Shown piece by piece: positions 1-10,484 of a stretch of DNA of 64,000 nucleotides. The position numbers were made by a program, and so were the translations under genes. Source of the stretch: Candidatus Paceibacter sp. (GTDB taxonomy: Bacteria > Patescibacteriota > Patescibacteriia > Magasanikbacterales > UBA922); the NCBI GenBank assembly GCA_020725175.1, contig DYFM01000001.1:65504-129503 (forward strand), read 5' to 3'. How positions within the stretch are numbered: the first letter of the stretch is position 1; every line of letters starts with the position of its first letter. The notes under the pieces are model-generated. The model was given only the letters and a program-made list of their open reading frames with translations. It did not search any database and had not been told where the DNA came from.

Positions 1-875
1 CCCCTCAACTTTGCAATTCGATCTTCAATCGGAGGATGAGTGGAAAACAGTGATGAAATTTTCTTTTTCTTGAATGGGTTTGAGATAAACAGGTGGGCTG
101 TGGCTGAGTTGGCGGTTTCGAGAGGTTGGTTTGATCGAGAAATTTTTTCGAGCGCTCGTGCCAAGCCTTCCGGATAGCGGGTCAATAGCGCACCGGAAGC
201 ATCGGCCAAGTATTCTCGTTTTCGAGAGACGGCCAGCTTGATCAGTTCGGCGATGAGTGGGGAGATAATCATAAGTACAATACCAACAATCATGAGTATT
301 GCTCCCAGTTGTCCGCCCTTACTGTCTGAATCTCGTCCACCACCAAAAAAGCGAACACGGAAAAACATATCGGCCAGAAGTGTAATCGCGCCGACTAAGA
401 CAATGACGATCGTCATAACACGAATATCATAGTTTTTGATGTGAGAAAGTTCGTGCGCGACAACTCCTTCCAGTTCTTCATTTTCAAGAGCATTGATGAT
501 ACCGGTAGTAAAAGCAATAGACGCATGTTCCGGATCACGACCGGTCGCAAAGGCATTGAGAGCGGGGGAGTCGATAATGTAGACCTTTGGCATCGGCATA
601 CCGGCGGTAATGACTAGGTTTTCGACCATGCGATATACGTATGGATTGTCTTCTTTTTTAATTGGTTTGGCTCCGGTTGACGCAAGAGCGATTTTGTCGC
701 CTTGAAAATACGAGACGAGGGTCATGATAAAGGAGAGAATAAGCGCAAAGCCCATGGCACCGTAGCCATAATCAAGATACTCGGCGGCGATATATCCAAG
801 GACCATGATGAAGGCGATAAAAATCATGATGAGGAGAACTGTTTTTCGTTTGTTGTGGGTGATTTCTGAGTACAT
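1..875 (-). CDS. htpX: Zinc metalloprotease HtpX (M48 family), C-terminus runs off window start
   Basis: Minus-strand translation gives MYSEITHNKRKTVLLIMIF... with the HEXXH motif VAHELSHIKNYD and C-terminal THPPIEDRIAKL. ATG at 873-875. No stop within window, so it is absent from the ORF track. Confidence 0.85.
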   Translation of the reverse strand, partial: MYSEITHNKRKTVLLIMIFIAFIMVLGYIAAEYLDYGYGAMGFALILSFIMTLVSYFQGDKIALASTGAKPIKKEDNPYVYRMVENLVITAGMPMPKVYIIDSPALNAFATGRDPEHASIAFTTGIINALENEELEGVVAHELSHIKNYDIRVMTIVIVLVGAITLLADMFFRVRFFGGGRDSDSKGGQLGAILMIVGIVLMIISPLIAELIKLAVSRKREYLADASGALLTRYPEGLARALEKISRSNQPLETANSATAHLFISNPFKKKKISSLFSTHPPIEDRIAKLR

Positions 876-910
876 ATGACAATGATATGTTGTTAAAAAT
901 GTTAAGATTG

Positions 911-3835
911 TTAATGTCCTAAGTCTGAGGATATTTCTATTCCGTATTTTTTAAGTACTGTGATTTGTTCTATTGTTTTTTTTGTATATCCATGGACTAT
1001 TAAGTGTAACTCATTTATCTCAGATGCTTGTAATATTCTTCCAATTTGAGAATAATCCGGAAGTTTAAAATTTAAGTAATTATATTCAAATCTGAGTGTG
1101 AACCACTCTTCATCCATTGTTACGCTTACAGTATTGTTGTTTAGGGTATAAAAGTGATTAATATAAGTTGAAGCTTGAATAATATCTGTTGCCACTAACG
1201 TAATATCCCACATTGTGCTACTGCTAACAGGAGGAAACTCATTTTCAGGTAGTTTGCAGTTTTCTATTTCAAAATTTATTTTTCTTGTTTTAGAAGTTAC
1301 TTGTTGTGGCCAGTTTGATATGGATGAGTTTTCAATTGTAATTTGGTTAGCGTTCGGAAAAAATTCTAATAATTCCGGAAGTGAAATTGGGGTGTTGGTA
1401 TGTTTTATGGTTACTTTTTTTACTTTTTCTAGAATTTTTTTGTCCAGCTTGTCTACTACCGTTTTGTAATCATTAAAAAAAGCAATACTTATATCATCAA
1501 AAGAAAAACCAAATCGATTTATTTTTTTTACTATCTTGTCATATAGCTCTACCTTAAAAGGGATGTTAGGAAAACCGGTCATATCGATTACCAACCTTTC
1601 CTCCGTTACTATCCTATTAAGAGTTGAGTCAATAATGTATGTATCACCTAACTGTCGTTTTTCTTCAGGGGTCTGTGCAATATCAATTTTGTGTGTATCA
1701 TTTATATATAGAAAATCTTCAATGTTTTTATCTCTGTAAAGAAGTAGGTTTTCATGGTTGGGTAGTAGGTGTGAAACAATTGGCGTAATATCTGTACCTT
1801 CTTTGTGATTCGCTATGACCATGACTACTTCTTTGTGGGGATATTTTTTTTTCTGCAAATCAAGAAGTTTTCTTATTTTGTACAGATCAACGTTGGTATC
1901 TAAAAAAATTTTTTGCAAAGGTATTTTACTCAAAAGTTCAATGCTTTCTTCGGTTAGCGAATTGCTTGTATGATGATTAATCGAAATAGTAAAAGTAAAG
2001 TCGGGTTCATTTATTAGAAACTCATCAACTTTGATGAATAAGGTTTTAAGATCTTGGAGAAGATCTTCAGGTGAAATAGGTGTGTTTATGTCTAAGGCAA
2101 TTACCTTTTTTATCGCAAAGAATCCAATCACTCTGTCTAGTCTGTTTTCTTTGGAAAGTTTTTTATACGCTTCTATTTTTTCTAGAATTCTTTCGGCAAT
2201 CCTTGATTGGGTTTTAAAGTATTTACTTCCGGTTTTTTTGTTTTTGATTGGTGGTTGTAGAATTTCTTTTTCCGTATATTCCATCCATCCTTTTTGCCAA
2301 TAGGTTATAGCCCGGTCAAGCTCACCAGCTTCATCAATTTTTTTAATAGCCTGCATGATTGGATCGTTGAGACTTGGATCTGCTACTCCTTCTTTTTGAT
2401 TTTCTTCTTCTTGCACTAGACGTGGTAGAATCATTTGTGTAATAATGTACCGTGCATGGAGTTTGTGAGGCTCACTCTTTGTTTGTTCTTCTGTCTGAAA
2501 GTCTGTATTTTTATTTATACCCAATTTTTCTTCTACTTGTCTTTCTATGCTTATAGTGGGGGTGGTAATTATTTCTGCTGCCCTATGTAAAGAGCTTGTA
2601 TTTTTCACTGCTTTACCTGTCAATTCCTTGGCTAATTTTTCTCTTGCTACTTCAATACTTTTCTCTAACGGTTTTGCTGGAAATCCACCCTTTTTTTGTT
2701 GACTAGGTCTTGGAGGGGCTTGATGTTCATTCGTGTGAACCTTATTCTTTAATAAGTCTGGATCATACTCAGAAGCAAAACTGTCGCCTGGCTCTGAACT
2801 TCCTTTAAAGGTTTTTGTTGGTTTTGAATCACTAGGGTAAGAATAATTATCTGTTGATGTCCTCTCTTCCTTTATGTCTTGTATTAATTCGGTGTTTGGT
2901 TCACCGTACTTCTTATCCAAAATTGTATTATTGTTTTGCTCATTGATAATTGAAATTTCACTATATATTCCGAGCAATCCAAGGTGTGCGATTCGAGCAT
3001 CTTGAAATATTGTAGTTCCTTCTACCTCTGCTTCTTCTAATTCTTGGACATGTATTCCTGTTTGTACATTATAGTGTTTAGACTGGAATTCAATGATTGT
3101 CTGTACGTGACCTATTCCTTTCGTGTCAGGTGCATATAGTTGTAGCTTTACAGGTAAAGCTGGAAAAAGTGAAGAGAGTATTGCGGTCGTGAATTTACTT
3201 CTAGATTCACAGCTTGAAGTTCCGTTTAATAACAATTGTGAGAGTCTTGGACTTGTAGGGTTATAGTCAAAATTATTTCCCCTTTTTTTGTGTGTTTTGA
3301 TAGCGTAAATTTGTGGTTTTTTTATCTCCTTCATAACTTCCTGTGCAATATATAAAGGATCGGGGTTTTTTTCTTTCAACTCTTCAAACGTTTTTAACTT
3401 TAATAGATAGTTTAAATACGCATCCCTGGCTTCTTTGGCCGTAATTTTATCTTCCAAAAATTCTACTTGTAAAAAGTAAAGACCTAGATCAATTTTCTTG
3501 GTAAGTTCAGTATTTTGCTTTACTTCCTCAATATTTTTAACGCCCATTTGTTTCAGCAGGTCATCAATCAATTCCTCTTTGGATAGTGGTAAAAAAAGAA
3601 ATTCTTTCACCGATTCTCGATCATGTTTTTTTTGTTCATATTTATGCTCTGTTTCATCTTGCATTCTTTTTTCTAAAAGCTTTGTTTGTCTTTCATTGCC
3701 AACTGTCCTAACTCCTATCCCTGCCCCAACATGAAGACCGAGAGAAAGAAGTAGTCCTGTAACAAAACGTTTCATGTTTCTTCCACGAAATCGTTCAAAG
3801 GGGCTTTTGTATTCAGTAGGTTGTTCTCCTCGCAT
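911..3835 (-). CDS. Large (974 aa) hypothetical membrane-anchored/secreted protein, strongly AT-rich
   Basis: ORF track. N-terminal hydrophobic segment FVTGLLLSLGLHVGAGIG. No recognisable catalytic motifs. Possible LRR-like C-terminus. Base composition much more AT-rich than flanking htpX and lemA. Confidence 0.6.
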   Translation of the reverse strand: MRGEQPTEYKSPFERFRGRNMKRFVTGLLLSLGLHVGAGIGVRTVGNERQTKLLEKRMQDETEHKYEQKKHDRESVKEFLFLPLSKEELIDDLLKQMGVKNIEEVKQNTELTKKIDLGLYFLQVEFLEDKITAKEARDAYLNYLLKLKTFEELKEKNPDPLYIAQEVMKEIKKPQIYAIKTHKKRGNNFDYNPTSPRLSQLLLNGTSSCESRSKFTTAILSSLFPALPVKLQLYAPDTKGIGHVQTIIEFQSKHYNVQTGIHVQELEEAEVEGTTIFQDARIAHLGLLGIYSEISIINEQNNNTILDKKYGEPNTELIQDIKEERTSTDNYSYPSDSKPTKTFKGSSEPGDSFASEYDPDLLKNKVHTNEHQAPPRPSQQKKGGFPAKPLEKSIEVAREKLAKELTGKAVKNTSSLHRAAEIITTPTISIERQVEEKLGINKNTDFQTEEQTKSEPHKLHARYIITQMILPRLVQEEENQKEGVADPSLNDPIMQAIKKIDEAGELDRAITYWQKGWMEYTEKEILQPPIKNKKTGSKYFKTQSRIAERILEKIEAYKKLSKENRLDRVIGFFAIKKVIALDINTPISPEDLLQDLKTLFIKVDEFLINEPDFTFTISINHHTSNSLTEESIELLSKIPLQKIFLDTNVDLYKIRKLLDLQKKKYPHKEVVMVIANHKEGTDITPIVSHLLPNHENLLLYRDKNIEDFLYINDTHKIDIAQTPEEKRQLGDTYIIDSTLNRIVTEERLVIDMTGFPNIPFKVELYDKIVKKINRFGFSFDDISIAFFNDYKTVVDKLDKKILEKVKKVTIKHTNTPISLPELLEFFPNANQITIENSSISNWPQQVTSKTRKINFEIENCKLPENEFPPVSSSTMWDITLVATDIIQASTYINHFYTLNNNTVSVTMDEEWFTLRFEYNYLNFKLPDYSQIGRILQASEINELHLIVHGYTKKTIEQITVLKKYGIEISSDLGH

Positions 3836-3962
3836 AAGGTAAAAATAAAGTACTTATAGTATACAGCATTTCTCGCTCTTTGCAAGACAAAAAACCCTCC
3901 AATCGGAGGGTTTACGTATCATTTTTAACTTCTTTGGTCTTTCAGACATGTTCAGACACTCA

Positions 3963-4526
3963 TTAAAACGAAACCTTCACATTCTCCCTCTCACTCGCGT
4001 CTTCAATCTCAAAGAACTCATACTTCTCAAACTTCAGCATGCCGGCAAAAATATTGTTTGGAAATGATTCGATTTTGGTGTTGAAATCACGTACCATACC
4101 GTTGTAAAAGCGGCGAGCGGCTTGAATTTTGTTTTCTGTGTCAGAGAGTTCATCCATGAGTTGGGCGACATTGGTGTTTGCTTTTAGATCAGGATAAGCC
4201 TCAACAGCAATCTGAAGTTGACCGAGCATTCCGCCAAGCATGCCTTCGGCTTGGGCAAGACCCTTGGTATCACCAGCTTTTTGTGCGTCAAGAGCTTTTG
4301 AACGATACTGGGTAATTTTTTCGAGAAGCTCACGTTCATGCTTCATGTACCCTTTGACACTTTCGAGTAAGTTTGGAATCAAGTCATGACGACGTTTGAG
4401 TTGGACATCAATGTCACTCCATCCTTCTTTTACTTGATTACGCATGCGAATAAGGCTGTTGTATAGAACAATGAGCCAAAGAGCGAGGAGTACTATGACC
4501 CCAAGAACGATAAAGAGACCGAGCAT
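3963..4526 (-). CDS. lemA: LemA family protein
   Basis: N-terminal TM followed by the conserved LemA core (YNSLIRMRNQVKEGWSDIDVQLKRRHDLIPNL...AYPDLKANTNVAQLMDEL...RRFYNGMVRDFNTKIESFPNNIFA). Confidence 0.85.
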   Translation of the reverse strand: MLGLFIVLGVIVLLALWLIVLYNSLIRMRNQVKEGWSDIDVQLKRRHDLIPNLLESVKGYMKHERELLEKITQYRSKALDAQKAGDTKGLAQAEGMLGGMLGQLQIAVEAYPDLKANTNVAQLMDELSDTENKIQAARRFYNGMVRDFNTKIESFPNNIFAGMLKFEKYEFFEIEDASERENVKVSF

Positions 4527-4782
4527 AGATAAAAGGCTTACGAGGCTTCCTAGGCTTATTAAGCTTACGAGGCCGATTGAATAAATTTATCAATAAATGA
4601 ATGTTAGGTCGAGAATTTTCTGAAAAACTTGCCAACTTGCAGGCTTGTCAACTTGCTAACTGTGTACCAACAAATATGTGACGCTGGTAGATATTGAGAG
4701 CTGGTACTCTCTAGACATTAGGATGAATATGTGTCATAATACTAGCGTTATTTTACGGAATAATTAGATTATTGTCAATATT

Positions 4783-5958
4783 ATGCTGATTACTATTGTC
4801 GTATTTATCCTCATCCTGAGTTTGTTGGTGTTTGTTCATGAGTGGGGTCATTTTTATACAGCGAGAAAGGCGGGGATGAAAGTATATGAGTTTGGGTTTG
4901 GATTTCCTCCACGCGCTATTGGTTGGTACAAGGATCCGGCTACTAAAAAGTGGATACGAGTGCTTGGGGCCGGAAAAGGTTCGCTCAAAGAGACGGTCGG
5001 TGGGGATGAGCGAATTCAGGAATTTCCCTCAACTCTTTATTCCATCAACTGGCTACCGCTCGGTGGATTTGTAAAGATAAAAGGAGAAAGTGGAGAAGCG
5101 CGTGGTGAAACCGATAGTTTTGTGTCAAAAAAGATTTGGCAACGACTGGTGGTTTTGGTGGCTGGTGTCACTATGAACTTCTTACTGGCTGGGGTTATTT
5201 TGGCTGGTGTCCTGATGGCAGGGGTAGATAAAGATTTGGTAAGTTTTGATCCGTATGCATCACGTTTGATCGAAAATCCAACCGTGAACATAAAATCTGT
5301 TCAAGAAAATACTCCGGCGGCTGAGGCTGGCTTGCAATCAGGAGATATCATCCTTTCACTTGATGGAACACCGGTGACCAATAACATACAAATGATTACG
5401 TATGTTATGTCACAGGGAGAAAAGGAAATCGAAGTAGTCTTGAACAGAAATGGTGAACAGCTTACCAAGACATTGACACCACAAGTAGTTGAAATTGAGG
5501 GGCAACAAATTCCTCGCCTTGGGGTTGAGTTGGTTATGGAAGATGTGCGGTTACCTTGGTATCAGGCGATCTATCAAGGATTTGCTTGGGCAGCCTTTTT
5601 GATACAGTATATTTTCTTTGCAATTTTGGCTTTGATAAAAAGTTTGGTGTTGGGACAAGGCGTGACACAGGATGTTGGTGGTCCGGTAGCGATTGCGTCT
5701 GTGGTTGGTCAAAGTGCGCGAATGGGGTTATCATATTTGGCGTATGTGACAGCGCAGATTTCTTTGAGTTTGGCGGTCATAAATATTTTGCCAATTCCGG
5801 CGCTTGACGGTGGACGTGCTTTATTCGTGATTGTAGAAAAAATTATTCGACGACCGGTGCCGATGAAATACGAACAAGCGGCCCACACGATTGGGTTTAT
5901 TCTTCTCATGATCTTGATTGTACTTGTGACGGTGCGGGATGTAAGAGGGTTGTTTTAG
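4783..5958 (+). CDS. rseP: RseP-type site-2 protease (M50 zinc metalloprotease with PDZ domain)
   Basis: HEWGHFYTARKAGMKV (HEXXH) at the N-terminus, LPLGGFVKIKGE, a PDZ-like middle region, NILPIPALDGGR near the C-terminus. Confidence 0.88.
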   Translation: MLITIVVFILILSLLVFVHEWGHFYTARKAGMKVYEFGFGFPPRAIGWYKDPATKKWIRVLGAGKGSLKETVGGDERIQEFPSTLYSINWLPLGGFVKIKGESGEARGETDSFVSKKIWQRLVVLVAGVTMNFLLAGVILAGVLMAGVDKDLVSFDPYASRLIENPTVNIKSVQENTPAAEAGLQSGDIILSLDGTPVTNNIQMITYVMSQGEKEIEVVLNRNGEQLTKTLTPQVVEIEGQQIPRLGVELVMEDVRLPWYQAIYQGFAWAAFLIQYIFFAILALIKSLVLGQGVTQDVGGPVAIASVVGQSARMGLSYLAYVTAQISLSLAVINILPIPALDGGRALFVIVEKIIRRPVPMKYEQAAHTIGFILLMILIVLVTVRDVRGLF

Positions 5959-5959
5959 T

Positions 5960-6424
5960 ATGGTAACTGAGCCTGTTGATTTTGATAAGCAAAGAGTAAT
6001 AAAATTTTTAAGTGAAGTATTTGATAATGCTTATCCTAAATCCGAAGTACGTGGTGATGCTATTTATGGTGTTAACAGAAAGATGTTGTTTGATGAGTAT
6101 CAACAAATTGTTGAGAAATGGTATGAACATTTGAAAAATCAAATGGATGAAAGATGGTTGGAAACAAATGAAAATCAAGCGTTGAAGCCTTTAACGTTCA
6201 TAGATAGGATTCAAATAGTTTTTGAAGCAGTTACGGAAGAATATCTTTTGCCAATTATTGATACCTCGGAAGAGTCTATTGTAGATGAAGATCGCGAAGC
6301 TCAATTAGTTTTATTGGAAGAACTAGAAAAAGTTTTTTTAGAAAAAAAGAAAGGTTTAACAGCAGAGCGATCGGAGCCTTTTCTGAGTGAACCCAGTTCA
6401 TTAAGTGATTATAAGACAAAGTAA
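5960..6424 (+). CDS. Hypothetical protein (154 aa), AT-rich
   Basis: ORF begins 2 nt after the rseP stop. Acidic. No recognisable motifs. Confidence 0.4.
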   Translation: MVTEPVDFDKQRVIKFLSEVFDNAYPKSEVRGDAIYGVNRKMLFDEYQQIVEKWYEHLKNQMDERWLETNENQALKPLTFIDRIQIVFEAVTEEYLLPIIDTSEESIVDEDREAQLVLLEELEKVFLEKKKGLTAERSEPFLSEPSSLSDYKTK

Positions 6425-6503
6425 GAATTATGGCTAGTAATTAATATGGCAATCGGAAATTTAGAAAAAATAGAGATAAAAAAACAGTTAGAAACAATTG
6501 TAG

Positions 6504-6866
6504 ATGAAGTCTTCCGCGGTTTTCCATCTGATTCAGAAGGGGGGGGGAAGATTTTCTGAGTTTGGAAACACAAGGGGATTAAAGGAGGAGATTTGTAAAA
6601 TTGTTGATCAGGGCGAATCTTCTAATGAAATACTTGAAGCACTCAATAAATGTATCGATGAAGAAAAGATTGGATTAGGTGTAAGAGGTGATTTTTTCAA
6701 GAATAATAATCTTGAAAGAGATACTGTAAAATCAATATTGGAGTTACTTAGAAGTAGGCTTCAAGAGACTGTGAGAAATTGTGAGTTGAGTTTACGGGAA
6801 GGTGCGTCACGTGAAAAGGGTGGAAATGTAATACATATTGATTTTAAAAACAGAACGAAGAAATAA
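6504..6866 (+). CDS. Hypothetical protein. A 31-codon upstream ORF (from ATG 6446) in another frame ends just after a G9 tract (6539-6547), so the gene is possibly frameshifted or phase-variable
   Basis: ORF track. Manual reading of frames 6446 and 6504 across the ggggggggg run. Confidence 0.4.
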   Translation: MKSSAVFHLIQKGGGRFSEFGNTRGLKEEICKIVDQGESSNEILEALNKCIDEEKIGLGVRGDFFKNNNLERDTVKSILELLRSRLQETVRNCELSLREGASREKGGNVIHIDFKNRTKK

Positions 6867-6889
6867 ATAGTTTTTGAAATTAACCTTAT

Positions 6890-7921
6890 ATGAATGTAGA
6901 GATTAAAAATTTAAAACATAAATTTCAGCAAGCAATTGATGAGGTAAATGATTTTATAAAATTGGAAGAAGTATACCAGTTATTTTTTGGTCGCAAGTCT
7001 GGCGAGCTAACGGAAATCATGAAAAACTTGAAAGAACTGTCCGGAGAAGCCCGAAAAGAAATGGGGAAACTCATTAATGAAGTAAAGACTGAACTAGAAG
7101 ATATCTATAGTAAGAAAAAAGTAGCACTCCAGGCTGAATCATGGAAAAATATTGCAACCACCGAAGCGATTGATGTGACCCAACCAAAAATTCCGGCAAC
7201 AGAAGTTGGGCATATGCACCCGATTACACAAATTCAACAGCAAATTGAACAATTTTTTATTTCCATGGGATTTATGATTGTTGATGGACCGGAGCTGGAA
7301 AGTGATTATTACAATTTTACCGCTCTCAACATGCCACCAGACCATCCGGCACGAGATATGCAGGATACATTTTACATCAAAGGCCATGGGGATTGGGTCA
7401 TGCGCACGCAGACCTCTCCGGTGCAGGTACGGGCCATGCAAGACTATGGTGTGCCACTCAGAATGTTGGTTCCGGGGCGAGTATTTCGTAATGAGGCAAC
7501 TGACGCGCGACATGAACACACCTTTTATCAGGTGGAAGGTATGGTGGTTGATCGAAATATTACCTTTGGTGATATGAAAGGAACGCTGGAAGCCTTGGCA
7601 AAACATCTCTACGGCGAAGAAACAAAGATGCGCCTACGACCAAAACTCTATCCGTTTGTGGAGCCGGGAGTCAATGGAGAGGTAACCTGTTATTTGTGCA
7701 AAGGTGACGGGTGTCGTGTCTGTAAACAAACCGGTTGGCTCGAAATTTTTGGTGCCGGTATGGTGCACCCCGAGGTTCTAAAAGCCGGTGGAGTAGATCC
7801 GGAGGAATTTGGCGGATTTGCGTTTGGACTTGGATTGAACCGACTGGTTATGTTGAAATATGGAATTGAAGATATCCGGCATTTTATGTCAGGTGATATG
7901 AGATTTTTGGGGCAGTTTTAA
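6890..7921 (+). CDS. pheS: Phenylalanine--tRNA ligase alpha subunit
   Basis: Class II aaRS motifs FRNEATDARHEHTFYQVEG and GLGLNRLVMLKYGIEDIRHF. Confidence 0.92.
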   Translation: MNVEIKNLKHKFQQAIDEVNDFIKLEEVYQLFFGRKSGELTEIMKNLKELSGEARKEMGKLINEVKTELEDIYSKKKVALQAESWKNIATTEAIDVTQPKIPATEVGHMHPITQIQQQIEQFFISMGFMIVDGPELESDYYNFTALNMPPDHPARDMQDTFYIKGHGDWVMRTQTSPVQVRAMQDYGVPLRMLVPGRVFRNEATDARHEHTFYQVEGMVVDRNITFGDMKGTLEALAKHLYGEETKMRLRPKLYPFVEPGVNGEVTCYLCKGDGCRVCKQTGWLEIFGAGMVHPEVLKAGGVDPEEFGGFAFGLGLNRLVMLKYGIEDIRHFMSGDMRFLGQF

Positions 7922-8020
7922 CATTTACACGTGGTACATCATGGTCATCTTGGGATATCTGTGTGCCATAAATAAGGACACAGATTTGCCGAGATTACCT
8001 AGATTGCCCATGATTATGTT

Positions 8021-10483
8021 TTGATTATGTATATCAGTAAACAATGGCTCAAACAATTTATTCCCGAACTCGAAACTATCACGGATGAAGATATTGCTCG
8101 CAGTCTCACCATGAAAACAGTTGAAGTGGAGGGTGTGGAAAAACAGGGGGAGTTTCTTCATAATGTCGTTGTGGGACAAGTACTGTCATGTGAAAAACAT
8201 CCTGATGCGGATAAACTGAAACTGTGTCGGGTGGATATTGGGACTGAAACAGTGCAAATTGTGTGTGGTGGGAGTAATGTCCGTGAAGGAATGAAAGTGG
8301 CATTGGGGAAAATTGGTGCCAAAGTTCGTTGGCATGGAGAGGGGGAGCTTGTTGAGCTAGTTAAAGCAAAAATTCGTGGGGTTGAATCCTACGGAATGAT
8401 TTGTGCGGCCGACGAAATAGGGCTTGGAGATATATTTCTCAAGCAAGATGAGGCAGAGATCTTGGATTTGAGTTATATAGAAGCCCCGGTAGGCACTCCG
8501 CTTGCAGACGCTCTCGGTCAGAATGATGTTATTTTTGATATTGATAACAAATCATTGTCCAATCGGCCAGACTTGTTTGGTCAATACGGCATAGCACGAG
8601 AAGTGGCTGCAATTCACAAACTGGATCTAAAACCCTATGAGGTTCCGACTATTCCAAAAGGCAAAGGACTTGACCTATCTGTTTCTCTTGAGGCACCCGA
8701 GGCGTGTCTCCGATATATGGCGGTGGCGATTGATGGGGTTGAAGTCAAAGATTCACCGGTATGGATGCAGGAACGCCTACGGGCCGTAGGAATTCGTCCG
8801 ATCAATACTATTGTAGATATTACGAATTATGTCATGATGGAACTTGGTCAGCCTATGCACGCGTTTGATGTTGCGCAGTTAGCAAGGAATAAGAAACAAG
8901 GAGCAAGTGTTTTGGTACGAAGAGCGGTAGAAGGTGAAACGTTTGTGACCTTGGATGAGAAAGAGCATGTGTTGAGTTCTGAGATGTTGGTGATTGCTGA
9001 TCAAGAAAAACCAATTGCGATTGCCGGGGTGATGGGTGGAAAAAATAGTGAAATTTCAGATACGACCAAAACAATTATTTTTGAATCAGCTACATTTGAC
9101 GCAAAATCTATTCGTCAAACATCAACTGCACTTGGAATCCGTACCGATTCTTCCACTCGTTTTGAAAAAAGCCAAGATCCGATTAAAGCAGAGGTTGGTT
9201 TGAAGCGAGCGGTTGAATTGACGCTTGAGTTGTGTCCAAACGCAACGGTGGTAAGTTCAGTTTTTGATGAAGGGGTGTGGCAGGTAGCACATGGACCACT
9301 TCAAGTTTCACTCAAATTTATTCAAGAAAAAATTGGTGTCGAAATTCCTCGAGCAGAAATTTTAGACATTCTTACTCGACTTGGATTTGACGTGAAAGAA
9401 AAACAAGATGTTTTTACTATTACCATACCATCGTGGCGGGCAACCAAGGACATTTCAATTCCGGAAGATGTGGTGGAAGAAATTATTCGTATGTATGGCT
9501 ATGAACAGGTACCGTCTACTATGCCGGTAGCGAGTCTTACTCCACCGCCAAAAAATGCACTTCGAGCACTGGAACATCGTGTGAGAGAACTGTTGGCATA
9601 TGAGGGGTCATTTACAGAAGTGTACAGCTATTCTTTTAATGCACCGGAACTATTGAATGGGGTCGGTGAAAATTTGGATGATTATCTTGAGCTTGAAAAC
9701 CCAATTGCTAAAGATCGACCGTTTATTCGACGTCGGCTGGTATACGGACTGCTTGAACATGTGGAAAAAAATGTCCATCGATTTGATACTGTGAAAATGT
9801 TTGAGGTTGGGAAGGTGTTTTCCAAACATGAACCAGGTGATGCGGTAATCAATGGAGAGCCCGAGCGACTACCAAAACAAGATACACTGCTGGGCGCGGT
9901 CTATGCCAAAAAGGGCGATGATCTGCCATTTGCCGAACTGCTGTCTGTGTTCGAGCAACTTTGTGAACGACTTGGGGTGTCGGCTCAGACGCAAAAGTCG
10001 CCGGTTTTTGAAATAGCTATCGCGCATCCGGGACGATACGCAGATATAGTGGTCAGCGGTACCGTGGTTGGGTATATTACCGAGCTTCATCCGGCGCAAC
10101 AAGAGCGGTTTGGAATTCCGTACCGAGTTGCTCTTTTGGAAATCAATCTCAATGATCTCCTGTCGCTTGTTCAAGAAAAAGAACAATATGAACCGCTTTC
10201 TCTGTATCCGGCAGTAGAGCGGGATATTGCAATTGTTGTTGAGAGGTCAACTGAACATGCTACACTCCAACAGGCAATTCAAGAGGTAAATCCGCTGATT
10301 GTAGCAGTAGAATTGTTTGATGTGTATCAGGGAGATACCGTAGGAGAAGGAAAAAAGAGTATGGCGTATCATGTGGTCTATCAATCAAAAGAAAAGACGC
10401 TTGAAGCGGGTGAAGTGGAAAAGGTGCATAGAGAAGTGATCAGTATGTTGGAAAAGAAATTTGGCGCGGAAATGCGGAAGTAG
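8021..10483 (+). CDS. pheT: Phenylalanine--tRNA ligase beta subunit
   Basis: N-terminal tRNA-binding domain (KHPDADKLKLCRVDIG), B3/4 and B5 domains, and a C-terminal FDX-ACB-like domain in an 820-aa protein directly downstream of pheS. Confidence 0.92.
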   Translation: MIMYISKQWLKQFIPELETITDEDIARSLTMKTVEVEGVEKQGEFLHNVVVGQVLSCEKHPDADKLKLCRVDIGTETVQIVCGGSNVREGMKVALGKIGAKVRWHGEGELVELVKAKIRGVESYGMICAADEIGLGDIFLKQDEAEILDLSYIEAPVGTPLADALGQNDVIFDIDNKSLSNRPDLFGQYGIAREVAAIHKLDLKPYEVPTIPKGKGLDLSVSLEAPEACLRYMAVAIDGVEVKDSPVWMQERLRAVGIRPINTIVDITNYVMMELGQPMHAFDVAQLARNKKQGASVLVRRAVEGETFVTLDEKEHVLSSEMLVIADQEKPIAIAGVMGGKNSEISDTTKTIIFESATFDAKSIRQTSTALGIRTDSSTRFEKSQDPIKAEVGLKRAVELTLELCPNATVVSSVFDEGVWQVAHGPLQVSLKFIQEKIGVEIPRAEILDILTRLGFDVKEKQDVFTITIPSWRATKDISIPEDVVEEIIRMYGYEQVPSTMPVASLTPPPKNALRALEHRVRELLAYEGSFTEVYSYSFNAPELLNGVGENLDDYLELENPIAKDRPFIRRRLVYGLLEHVEKNVHRFDTVKMFEVGKVFSKHEPGDAVINGEPERLPKQDTLLGAVYAKKGDDLPFAELLSVFEQLCERLGVSAQTQKSPVFEIAIAHPGRYADIVVSGTVVGYITELHPAQQERFGIPYRVALLEINLNDLLSLVQEKEQYEPLSLYPAVERDIAIVVERSTEHATLQQAIQEVNPLIVAVELFDVYQGDTVGEGKKSMAYHVVYQSKEKTLEAGEVEKVHREVISMLEKKFGAEMRK

Positions 10484-10484
10484 T

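Noticed and set aside
238-432. 64-aa plus-strand ORF
   Set aside because: Lies antisense inside the htpX coding region. htpX has a clear HEXXH reading frame on the minus strand.
7956-7985. Hairpin atctgtgt-gccataaataagg-acacagat between pheS and pheT
   Set aside because: Stable stem but no T-run and no recognisable T-box or attenuator features. Likely a minor intercistronic structure, and not enough evidence to call a regulatory element.
10461-10484. Longer PEPC start (MARKCGSS...) overlapping the pheT 3' end
   Set aside because: The conserved family N-terminus begins at MHHIPRTMSTQHPDN (ATG 10485). The upstream extension is unconserved and overlaps pheT.
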